Shown: one piece after another, positions 31,201 through 43,200 of the stretch
How positions within the stretch are numbered: position 1 is the stretch's first letter
Layout: each line of letters starts with the position of its first letter
Program-made: the position numbers and the translations under genes
Source: Candidatus Omnitrophota bacterium
GTDB taxonomy: Bacteria > Omnitrophota > Gorgyraeia > JAUYCX01
DNA length: 64,000 bases
NCBI GenBank assembly: GCA_030692045.1
Contig: JAUYCX010000119.1
Coordinates: forward strand, 25,688-89,687
Reading direction: 5' to 3'
The notes under the pieces: model-generated
Told to the model about the DNA's origin: nothing
Seen by the model: only the letters and a program-made list of their open reading frames with translations
Databases searched by the model: none

Positions 31201-34200
31201 GTCCGCACCTCACCTTAGAGAAAAATTAGGTTATATTTTTATGACGGGTCTGTTTATTAATGCCTTTTCCAAGTTAGGTAAGGTTGCCACTAAGACATTT
31301 CGTCGCATACGCTCAGAAGAATACAAAGGTATGAGGTCTGTCTTGAGGGAGAGTGGGGATAAGTATTATAAGCAAAATCTAAAGGGTAGCTATGATTTGG
31401 GAACCAATATTGCCCGCACGATTTCAGAAAATAAAACTTTCCAAAAAGTAATGGGCACTGCATTTGCCGGTTCCAAAGGTTTAGGTTATGATTTAGTTTT
31501 AAGGGGAACCTTTGGAAATCTATTTAGGGTAATTGCGACCTTAGGTCCTTCATTAGAATTGTTTTCTTATCTTTCCGGCAAAGCCCTGGTTTCCAAAGAC
31601 CATAACACTGGTTTGGAAAATGCCTTGTGGGAAGCATCTTTTGCCGCTTTTGGAAATGAGGATGCATTAAAGAAATATAAAGCAGAAGGATTAATTGGCG
31701 AAGATGGAGCTTGGAGAGAGGCTAAAAAGATACTTGGTAGTTTTGGTAAGTTTGGTTGGGATTCGCAAAAAGAATTTCTCAATAACATCTACAATAACTT
31801 TGGAGCTTTAGTTAATCCTTTGACTAGCAAAGATGGAAGAATAGGTGTGCTTGCCAATTTATTTAAGGTCGGATATTTGTCTGTTGTATTTGGAACACAC
31901 GATGGCATAAAACGTGATGCAAATGGTAGAATAATTTATGATGAAACAACCGGTAAACCAATTGTAGATGAGAACTTAAAAGGATTAGCTAAGGTAACCT
32001 CAGTTAAAGAAGCCTGGAGCAAGCTTTCTTATGTGTTTTGGAATAGAAAGTTTTGGGAGATGCCCATTAGGGCTTGGAATACCCTTGACCGCCAAAGCCT
32101 TTTATTCTCCTTTACTTTGGCTGTGCTTCAGCCATTTGCTGAGCCAGTTTTGAGTAACATTAAACGCGGGAATTTTGGTAAAGGCTTTGAAGCTACCGGC
32201 GAAGGTGTTAAAGCTAGCTTTGGTTTTGAAGGATTGGGAAAATGGTCTCAGAAAAGCAATGTTTCATCTGCCTCTGGAAGATTAGGGCAAGGTGTAAAGG
32301 GATGGATATCTGGAAACGCCCGTATGACTGTGCAAGGAACAATTGAAGAGGTAAATGAACAGTTTATCCAGATAGCAATTGCACCACTTGCAGGCGGGAT
32401 TAGTCCTTTATTAGAAATGGCTCATTTCTCTAAAGAAAGAGCTATGGCTATCCAGCAATTCATTGAAGAGGATGCTGAAGAGTTGGGCTCGCCCAATGGT
32501 AGCGATGCAGGAGCAAAATATAACGCTGGCCGCAATTTCTGGGCAAAGTGGTCATCTGGCAGGCCAGGTGGAAATGAGGCTGTTCTTAGATTATTAAATT
32601 CTCCCCACAGAGACATTGAAGGCTTTATCTACAGCAGTTACTCTCAGAAAACCCCAGCACGTCAGGCAGTAGAGGACTTACAGGATTATGGTTTATTAGG
32701 TTCGCATGGCTTTACGCTTTTGGGAAAACAGATAATTAGAGCCCAGGCAGGCCAGAGTTTGCAAGCAGTTGATGTGGCTGGGATAACCCAAAAAGATATA
32801 GAAGATTATGTAGCCTCCAGAACACCTGTAGCTGGAGAGCAGAAGGACATTAGGAAATTCTTTACCTCCAATGGCTTTGTGGATGTGAGTGGAAAGTCAA
32901 GGAACCTTACCCCAGAAGGACAACAAACAGTTGTTGCTTTTGCAGATTTGGCATCTCAAGATGGCAACCCCATTATGAGATTTGTGGATTTACTTTATGG
33001 TGCATCTCAAGGAAAAGGTTTGAATAAAACTGTTGTGCGTGTTAATGGCTCAACATTTGCAGTTGGACAGCTTTTGGAAGTTATGCATAAGCCGGAAAAA
33101 GATAAAGCAGGAAATCTCACAGGCAGGGCAATTGTGAGTTATGTTAACCTAAGACATCCCAGTTTAATGGGCGATGTAGTGATTGCCAGCGCTGGAAGTG
33201 CCAGCAGGCAAACAGCGCAGGATTACATTGACTCAGTCAAACAGCAATCAGTGGGTTTGAAACCAGTAGGTTGGATTGGCAAGGAAGGTAAAAAAGGCGC
33301 AATTCAAATTATGGCAATTGATGGTTTAAGAGCACAAACTGACGTAGAAGATTTTGCCTTGCCTGGCAAAAATATTATTTATGTTGATTTAGATTCCTGG
33401 GAGGTAGAGGAATCTATAGAAACTAACTCTGCCATACAGCATGGCCTTAAAGAATTAGCTCAATGGAATAGAACAGGCAGAACATTAGTCCAAAAAGGAA
33501 AGATTGCCTCGCCAATACAATTATCAGACTGGGCAAAACAACATCCCTTTGATGCTCCCAGATTTCAAGGCTTCGCTCATCAAAATGCACAGGCAATTGC
33601 GCCTTTGGCGCAATTGCCCTTAGTAGTTACTGGCATTCGCAGAGAATTTGGTAAACACGATGAAATTATTCTTTCCAGTTTAACTGACACCGCATTAGTA
33701 GATAGATTAATTGAGTTAGTGGTAGATACAACGAGCTCTTCTCACGATAAAAAATCCGGCTATGAAAAAGCCAGGGCATTAATGCAAACTCCAGAATTTC
33801 AAGGTTTATCTGACTATGCAAAACTCCAACGTATTCAAGAAGTAGCCGGAAAATTAGCTGAAAGCAAAGATACGCAAAAGCAAGCCGCTCCTTTCCAAGA
33901 AGCATTTGGTTTGGATTACTTTACAATGATAAGAGCGCAAGGTGTATTTGAAACTGTAAAGGGATTAGATGAAGGTTTAGTTAACAGAGTTAGTTTTGCT
34001 GATGCCTTAAATATTAGCTTTGCCTCTGGCGCTGGTTTAAGCAGAGGACAGGTCTTAAGAAATACAATCTCTGGTTTGATAACTCAAAAAAGCCCAATTT
34101 ATCAGGCAATGGAATTGCTGAAGTCTCTGCCTTTGACCTATCAGGGAATTAAATCTATTGCCAGAGAAACCGGCTTAAAACCTGAACAAGTGGCGCAACT

Positions 34201-37200
34201 TTATGATGTAGGAATAAGCAGCCAGAAATTTGAGGCAATGGCTAAGGTTTATAAAGTAGCCAAAAAAATAGACCCCTCATTGAGATTAGTTATGCGTATG
34301 CCAGTTGAAAGCTATTCTTCAGGCAATTTGCTTAGAGAAATTGTCTCTAAATTAGACCGCAGCGCTTTAGAAAAACAAGGCAGGGCTGATGTATTTGATA
34401 CCTTAGATAGAATTGCCACTGCCTCCCAACAAAGAGCGCCAACTCTTGCAGATGCGCAAACAGTTGCCACTGCAATGAGAATTTCTCCTGCCGAGGTTAT
34501 TCCTCTATTTACTTCTGCCCTTCCCCTTGAAATATTGAATAGACGTTACACCAACCTACAAAATTTAGGCATAGATTTATCCCGCACCAGCATAACTGTG
34601 GATGATTTAGTTAGAGGCAGGATAGATTTTGCTAAGAATTCACAAGCGCCTGAATTATCTGCTGCCTGGAATGATTTGCAAAAGACTCCCCCTACTCCTG
34701 AAACAATCTTAAGAATTGCTAATAGGCACAGCATTAGCGAAGAAAAAGTGCTTTTGCTGCATTTTGGCTTAGATTTTGATTGGAGCAATCCTGATATCCA
34801 GAGAAATTATCAAAAAATAGCACAAATAAATAGTGCTTTGGCTAAACGAGAAAGCACAGGTGAAGAATTAAGATATCAAGATGGCTCTGCGTTTAGAGTC
34901 AACATTTCCTCAATTCATACAGGAAGGTTTGGCTGGCAAACAAACGATGTTCCTTTTGAGTTTAATCTTGATGATATGCTTACTTTGTCAAATGGCAGAG
35001 TTATCGTCGGACAAGATGGAAATCGTCAAGAAATTCCGGTTGTGTGGGGTTTTAATGGTAAAACAAAGGGAGAAAGTCCGCTTAAGGATTTGCTCAGACC
35101 AAATACTATTCCTTTCCACAGAGTTGTTGATTTACAGAAGCATGTCAACAATTTAGGCATTTCGCCAAACGGAATTGGGAAAATTCAGATTGGCATTGGC
35201 TCACGGCAAGAAGCAAGTTTTGCCTTTGGATTAAAGGGCGAAGATGGCGCAAGAATACTTTATCTTCATCCTTCTATTTTAAGAAATCCAGCTCTTACAA
35301 AACTTGCCATTGATTTTGGTTTTAATGGTCATAATGGTAGAGCCCAGAATATTAAACACACAGCCAAGGCATTATTGAAGTTTAGTCATACTGCTGATAG
35401 CAAAGATTTAGGGATAAGTAGTATTGATAAATTAAGACAGGGTTTAGAAATAGATTTATCCGCAGGAAGAAAGCATCCTTCCAACACAACCATAAAACAA
35501 GCTGTGAGTGTGGCTGTGGCAATGTTGCCAGGAAAGAGCGCAACTGGTTCAGTAAGTAGAATTGCTGATGAGTTGTATACAGAATTAAGTAGAGCTGATA
35601 GCCTCATAAAACTCAAACCTACAGAAACTGCTCCTGCACCTTCGCCTGCTGCAGCAACTCCTCTGGAGCAAAGGGTAAAAGAAATTATTCAATTAGCCGC
35701 AAAGCTTGACCAGGCGCCTTCTGATACGCCTGCAGGTTTAGAAGAATCGCAGCAAGTCTGGAGAGAGTTTGAGCAATTAGCCCGAGAGAATATGCAGTTA
35801 ACCCAACAGGCATTGGCTTTAGCCGAGGAGCATGTGGGAAATAGGGGGGGGAAAATTTCCTTAGATGTCTTTGGATTGGAATTGGTGAATATGGAGAAAA
35901 TGCCAGCACCAGTCCCTGAAGTGCCAGAAGCACCAACTCCTGCACCAGCTCCGACGCCAGCACCACAACCAGCGCCCAGAATTGACCCTATTTTAGCCGC
36001 AACTCCGGATGGCGAGTATCTTCCGATGGGCGGTTTCTGGAGGCTTTGGGCTGGCAGCGGATATTCACCTGCACACGAACAGGGCTGGAAACTGCATGTA
36101 GCATTTACTGAACAGGATGCGGCTGATGTTCTTTCTGCAGTCTTGCCAATTCTGCAAAGAAATAATATTCCTCATAAAGTTGTAAATGACGTAGAAAAAT
36201 TGCGAGAAATAAATAACCCGACTTCAAGCGGCGAAACCCAGATAGGCAAGAATATTGCAATATATGCTGTAGAGGTTAACGACCCCTCGGATAGAGAGGC
36301 TGTGGAACAGGCCAGGCAAAAAGCACGTGGATTAGCATTAGAGATAGATCAGGCGTTAAGAGGCAGGGGATTTAGAGCCCCTGAAGGCCTTGTCTGGGAT
36401 GCACAGGGCCAAAGAGGAGATAAACTTATCTCCGGTGGAGAAAGCGGATTAGTCGGGTATAGATTCGGTTCTTTCAATGATTATAAAGTAATAGACAGGT
36501 TTGGAAATGTCCAGCCAGACGAGCGCGATAGGTATAAATTAGCGCATGGCCTTACAAATGTAACCTTGACTCCTCCTAAGGCACCACAAGCACTAGCTCC
36601 AAAAATTCCAGAAGCACCCACAACACCAGCTCCTGCGCCAATGCCTGCCCTGAGCAGCGTCGAAGGGCCAGCGCCAGCCGATGAATCCTCATCGGTGCGG
36701 TCGGTAGAACTTGATGGGTCTGAGGTGCTAAGGAAGGTTGTTGATAGAGCGCTAAGGCAGGAAGACTCACCTCCAACAGCTTCAATGCCAGCGCCAGCGC
36801 CTCAAGCGCCAGAAGCGCCACAAACCGCCAAACCACAAAAACCCTCAGGCACTAATGTGGAATTTCTTGGCTTACAAACCTTGTATGAATGGTTAGCTTA
36901 TTATACAAAATTAGCTATTTGGAATATAAAGCAGTCTCGTACAGCCAAATCAGAAGTTTCTCCAGCTGCTGCGAAAAAGCCTTCCCCTGCTCCACGTATT
37001 ATAGGCAAAGCTCCTGGCCAGCGGTCCCCTGACACCGCGTCGCCGGGTATTCCCCCCGTCATTACCTCACCAGCTGGCTGGAATTGGAACAACTTTATAC
37101 AAACGGCAAATAAAGATTTTCTCAAAGAAGGCCAGCGTGTTTTTGTAGAACGCTCCGAATTACCAGAACCCGCTACTGGCGAAGGCATTATTGTCCGGGA

Positions 37201-40200
37201 TGGATTATCTGGCGAATTGCGCGTCAAACGAATTTCCAATAATGAATTGTTACCACTTGAAGCTATTAAGGCAATGGATGGGGCCAGAGCCTCTCGACGA
37301 ATTCGAGCCGATGGCAAAGAGGTGGCAGTTCTTTATCGTGTCATTAGAGGAGATGAAGAAACTCTTAAAACATTACAGCATCAAGGCCTATTTTCTCCCG
37401 GTTTAGTGGCCTTTAATGGCGACAGACAGAGACTCTATGAACAATTGAATGAACGTTTTATAGGAGGATTAAGAGACCTTGACATTTCCGATCTTCTGGA
37501 TCTTAGATGGGACTCTGCTATTATAGGAGACCAGCATAATACTATCATAACCCCGCTTATGTCGTTTACAGCAGATCCATATCGTACCAGGTCTTTCGGA
37601 ACATATAATCCAGGAGATAAACCCATTCAACGTTTCATTGTTGAGTTAGAGGTTCCCGTTGATCGAATCATTGAGCTAAAAGAGGAGAAAAGAAGTCGCT
37701 CTCTCACACATATCCGCAACGCGATTAGAAAACTTTCTTCCAACCATCAGTATTTATTCGTCCGTGCGCCTGACCAATACGAGAGTGAATATACCTCTTT
37801 GACGGAGCATATCCCAGCAGAATATATCACAGGAATATATGTGGATACATTACCGCCATCCGTCGCCGCTCAGGCAATAAAGGCAGAAGAACTTGCCCGG
37901 CCTCCCACAACGCCACCAGCCGCGCAATCTCAACCAACACCGCAAGCTGTGTCACAAGATGATCTGGAAAAGTTTATTGAGAATATGTCGCCAGAGCAGG
38001 TTAAAGCGGCTTTCTCTGATATTATTCCAGCTCCTAAACTTCGAGAAGCAATAGCCAAGCCTTCTCAAAGAATGGATATTTTCTTAAGGCATCTTACACA
38101 TAATCAGATTGCCGTCAAAGCAATGGGTGGCAGAGCCCCTGGCGAAATTTCTGCAGTATTGCCAGTTTCAGAGGTGCAGAGCATTCTTTCTCAAAAAGGC
38201 TCTGCACATTTAAGCAATGAAGAAGCAAAAACTTTGCTTGAGGCATTTGTGAGTGCTGATAGCCATCAATTAAAGGCAAGAATTTTAAGAAGTTTAATCA
38301 GAGCTAACTCAATCATCTCATTTGAAAAATTGCCAGCAGAAAATAGGCACGCCTTACGAATGGAATTCGTTAGGACTTTTAAACAAACCTCAGATGATGA
38401 TTTAAGAGGGATGGTCATAGACTATTTTGTCAGAACACATACTGGTCTTCTAAAACAACAGTTAAGAGCGCAACAACAGTTGGAGCGCTTAAGCGATGAA
38501 GAACTATTGCAGTCTGCAAAGATAGCCTTACACAAATCTTTATTGAGTTTAGATGAATCTACTGTTGAATTTAGCTTAATGCATTGGCTTAATCGAGTTA
38601 GAAATGAATTACGCGCCGAAAGAGATAATAGATTACTTCGCACAAATAAGAGTCGAGAAAATTCAGGATTGGGAAAATTGAGAATTGAGTCTCTCGATGA
38701 CCTAATGCATGTTGACGATGAACGAATTTTAGCTGATGTTATTGCAGATACAAAAGCTATCCCACCAGATGAGCAAGTTAAGATAGCCTCTGAACAGGCA
38801 CGCCTTAGAGCTTTAGTTGCTGCAATACCCAATGCCCAAGAACGCTTGGTCTTAGGTTTTCGTTTAGGTATTTATGGAAGACTGACACTTAGAGCAATGG
38901 CAGAGATTGCCGGTGTCTCATACGAACGCATCAGGCAGATAGAAAAAAGCGCAGAACAAAGGCTAAGGAAATTAAAACTTGCTGATAATGTCTCTAAGGA
39001 GCCCATTGACGCTGGGGAGATTTCCCATCCCATTCAGGCGCTTAAAGATGCTTTTGCACCAGCAAGAGAAATAGCTAATAATAACCGAAAAATTCAAGAG
39101 AATTTTAGCCAAGAATTTGAAACGCGTTTAACTAAAGCACGATGGTATGAGCAAAGATTTAGAGAAGAGCCAACAATACCTACTCTTCATAAATTAACTG
39201 GAATTTCTATCTCGACCCTGCGTGACCATAAACCTGAAGTTGAACAGGTTATTAAAAGATTATTTGAATCTCCCGAAGGTGCAGAAGTTGTAGTAAACAA
39301 GAGAAAACAAGTTTTACCAGATATTCGCTTACTAAGCTTATTAAAAGATGACAAACAACGATTAGTATGGGGGCTACATTTTGGTTATTATACTAAAGAC
39401 AGAAAGACTATGCCGCTAAGGACTATTGCAAAAATAGCCGGAGTCTCAGAAGCAAGAATAAGAGAGATAGATAAAAAGGCAGGAGAAAAGTTGGCAAGAC
39501 TAAACAGGCTATATGAGATAGCTCCAGAGCTTTACTCAGGTATGGCCCCAGAGGTTTTCTTAGATGTAGAGCCTATCGAGGTCGTTAGAGAAGTTTTTGC
39601 CCCTGAAAGAGAACGTGCTTTTCCCAACATATTAAGAACTCGTTTAACTGAGGCAATAACTGAGGCAATACGGAATCAAACCATATCTTCATCAGTTGTT
39701 CTTACAATACCTACTCTCAATAAATTAACGGGAATTCCTATAAATACACTACGTAACCATCCCGAAGTTGTTAAGGAAGTATTAGACAAATTTGGTTTGC
39801 AGGTAAGAGTAAGAACGTATAAAAAAGAATCACCCAAAGTTTATGACTTAGCCGCAGGTCTGGCTTTGCCGGTTTTAATCCCTGGGGCAGGTATTTTTAT
39901 CTTGGCTGGACTATCAGCTGGAGGATTAGGATACTTGGCTTATAAAGCAGTTAAGAGCGCTCAGGCAAAAAAGGCAGAAAGACTTGCCCGGGCGCCCACA
40001 ACGCCACCAGTCGCGCAATCTCAACCAACACCGCAAGCGCCGGCTGTTCAAGCGCCCGCGCCGCCAAAAGATTTTAGCGGTAGTGATTTTGGACAATATA
40101 CTTCTGACATAACTGATCGCGGTCGTTTAAAGATTATAGATGATTACATTCTAAAGCAATTATCCCAAAATCCATTAGGAAACAAGCCTTTAATTATAGA

Positions 40201-43200
40201 TGTTGGCATTGGCGCCAGGGCTTTAGGAGATGCTTCCGGAGTTCCTTCGCCTACTTTCTTTGAATTAGCTGAACGGTTAAGAGAAAGATTTGGTGCCGAC
40301 GGCTTTACGCTCGTGGGTATTGATAATAATGATTCTATTGTGCAGGAAGCCAATAAGCATATCGCAAAAATGAGGCAGGATGATTCTAATTTTCCTACAA
40401 ATATCCAAGTTATCCACGGAAGTTTCTCCACCGCTGCCCAGCAGTTTAAGGGCAAGGCTGATTTAATTCGCAGTATGGCAGTACTCCATTACTATGATGC
40501 TAATACGCGCAATCAATTCCGTTCCTATCTATCCGAAGCGCTTAAGGAAGGAGGTAAATTTATAGAGGGAGGTTTTAATTACTCTATAGTTCACGAAAAA
40601 GATAAGTCGAGGTTGACACCAAAAACATTAAATGTAAATTTAGAGGACCATAGGATTTCTGGTTATGTTGTTGGGATTATCCCTGATGCCCCTCAATCTT
40701 TAATGCCTTTATTAGAAGAAATTTCTAGAGCAAGAAGTAGCTTTAGTTCTTCACTCCCTGTAACCTCACCGATGTCCAATCGTGAAGTCGCCATAAAAGT
40801 AGCGCCTGACGTAGCTCAAAGTTTAACTTATGACAGGTATATGGTTAGTAATCCTTTACCTGGTTTCCTTTCTTTTAATTTGGATGATACAGGCGAACTG
40901 CAGCAATCAAGCCGCCTAGATGCAAAAGCCTATTTTATTCATACAGAATTACAAAACGAATTTAAACCTGCTGATTTTAGAGCTTATACGCAGAATTTAC
41001 TCACAGCAGCACCTTTAAAAGAGCGAATCAATGAAATGGTAAGAGCTAGAGCAGATCAATTCTATCCAAATGAAGTTACTTTCGAACTTCTTTTCTCCAG
41101 AGTTGATAAGTTTATTAGAGATAGTGCAGCTGAAGCAATAGCGCCACCGCCTATTGCACCGCTGGCTGCCCCTGTGCAAACTGCCTCTCCTTCTCCACAA
41201 ACCGCCAAACCCCAAAAACCCACAGGCACAAATGTGGAAATGCTCGGTTTGCAAACCTTGTATGAATGGTTAGCCTATTATACAAAATTAGCTATTAAGA
41301 GCGCTCAGGCAAAAAAGGCAGAAAAACTTGCTCGGGCGCCCACAACTGAAGCAAAAGAAAACACGCCCCCATTCTTCGATCCAAATGTAAATTATACCCG
41401 GCCGCTCCCAAATATTAATGAAGTAATATCATCTTTCATGAGTGACCTTATATTTAATCAATCTCTGGAATTAAAGCTTAAATTCTTAGATTTATTATTC
41501 CCAAGAGATAGAAAAGAAATGGCTAAATTTTTTACACGAGCCCTATTAGTAAGCGGAGAAACACATGGCGGATTCGCTTCTGCGCAATTTAACAATCGAG
41601 GCGTTACCTTAGCCGAGTCAGGAGACTTTGAATCAGCTGTCCGCGATTTCAAACGCGCTATCAGCGCTGACCCTACCAATACTCTGGCTTATCGTAATTT
41701 AGCAAAGTTATTGCTTAGACAAGGAAAGGCCTTTGAGGCATCACGGGCTTTTGTTAAATCATTCCCTCAGCCCCCTGAGTCACGTAGAGTAAAAGCAGAA
41801 AAAATTGTTTATCTAAACGGCAGAGACTTGGCTTTGCTCTTAGGTTTAGCAGGATTATTTGCTTCATCGCCAGCTAAAGCTCAGACAGGTAGCGTGGGTG
41901 ATAATATCGTGGAGGGCATTGACCAAGTAATTTCTCAATGGCTGCCAAATCATGCAGATTTTGTGTTATGGGCTGGAGCAACCTCAATAGTTCTTAGCTC
42001 AATTGCCATATTTAGTTTTGTGGCTTGGCGGTTTAGAAAATCCGCTGGCCTTAAGTTTTATCTAACCACACCTGCAGGAAAAATTGATTGGAAAGCAACC
42101 ACCAGCGCAATTATCATTGTTCTGGGCAGTATCCCACTTGCGGGCTTAAGTATTGGCGCTGTCAAAACAGCACTTGAGGCTCAAACATTTTCTCCAGAGG
42201 CAAAGGCTTCTGCTGCAGAAATATTGGGTCTAATAGGAGCGGTTTTGCCTTTAATAACTGTTGGCTGGATTGCCATTGATAAAATCTGGAATAAGACCTT
42301 AAATATGATTCGAGGAGATTCTCAACCTTCTAAGCGGCCAAAATCCGGTTGGGGAAAGAATTTACTCATTCTTGCAGGTTTGGCAGGTCTTTTTGGCTCA
42401 AGCCAGCCGCCAGCAAAAGCAGGCACAACACCTGATACTTCTCCAGCGCCGAGGGCTAAAACAGAAGAGATAATTTACCCGACTCAAAATATTGATATTG
42501 CAAAGGCTCTTACCGACTTCTCTTCAATGCTGATTAGTTTAAATGATTCAGGCGCGCTTACACCTGAGCAAATGGCATTATTAGAGGAATATAATAATAC
42601 TACTATTAATTCAGTTCCTGAAGTAAGAATTTTGCTTGAGCAGATTAATTCTCGCTTAAGTTCAGCTTCTGCAAAGGTAGATACAGTTTTTGTGAATTTG
42701 GATAAAACAACCGTAAGGGACCTTAAACTTGGTATGAAGGTGGCATTTACAACCAGGTTAAACGGTAAGCAGATTGGAGATCCTCAGACAGGAACAATTA
42801 GAGAAATCAAAAGAGGCCCACCTATTGGAGAATTCCGGAATCGAAGCGTAGAAATTACTGTTGAAACAGATCCTTATGAAAAGGAATTTAACTTTGATGG
42901 TTTAAAATTTAAAGCAAAAATGCCTTCATTTGAATTACCCTTCACTGCTCCTCCAAACCAAACCCTAAGACAAGCTGGTTTTGACAAAGTCTATGAAATT
43001 ATAACTCCGGTCCAGCCAGCACCGGTTGATTCAACTCTACCTGTCTTGCCTGATTCTCTTGACAGCAGAATTAAGAAATTAAATATAGAAGAATTCAATC
43101 TGCTTTTGCAGGTTGCTCCTTCACCAGTAAAAGAATATTTATTTAGGGTGCAAGAAGCACAGATGAAAGGAATGATTGGTTTGGTTAATTGGTTGGAATT

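Larger units (their letters stand above)
36818..41346 (+). repeat. Shared inter-domain linker repeats
   Basis: 102-bp repeat at 36818-36919 and 41195-41296; about 80-bp repeat at 37867-37947 and 39958-40038; 52-bp repeat at 39951-40002 and 41295-41346. Confidence 0.85.

Noticed and set aside
36020-36540. Lanthipeptide biosynthetic cluster (lyase plus C39)
   Set aside because: No kinase or cyclase domain, precursor peptide or ABC transporter is present.
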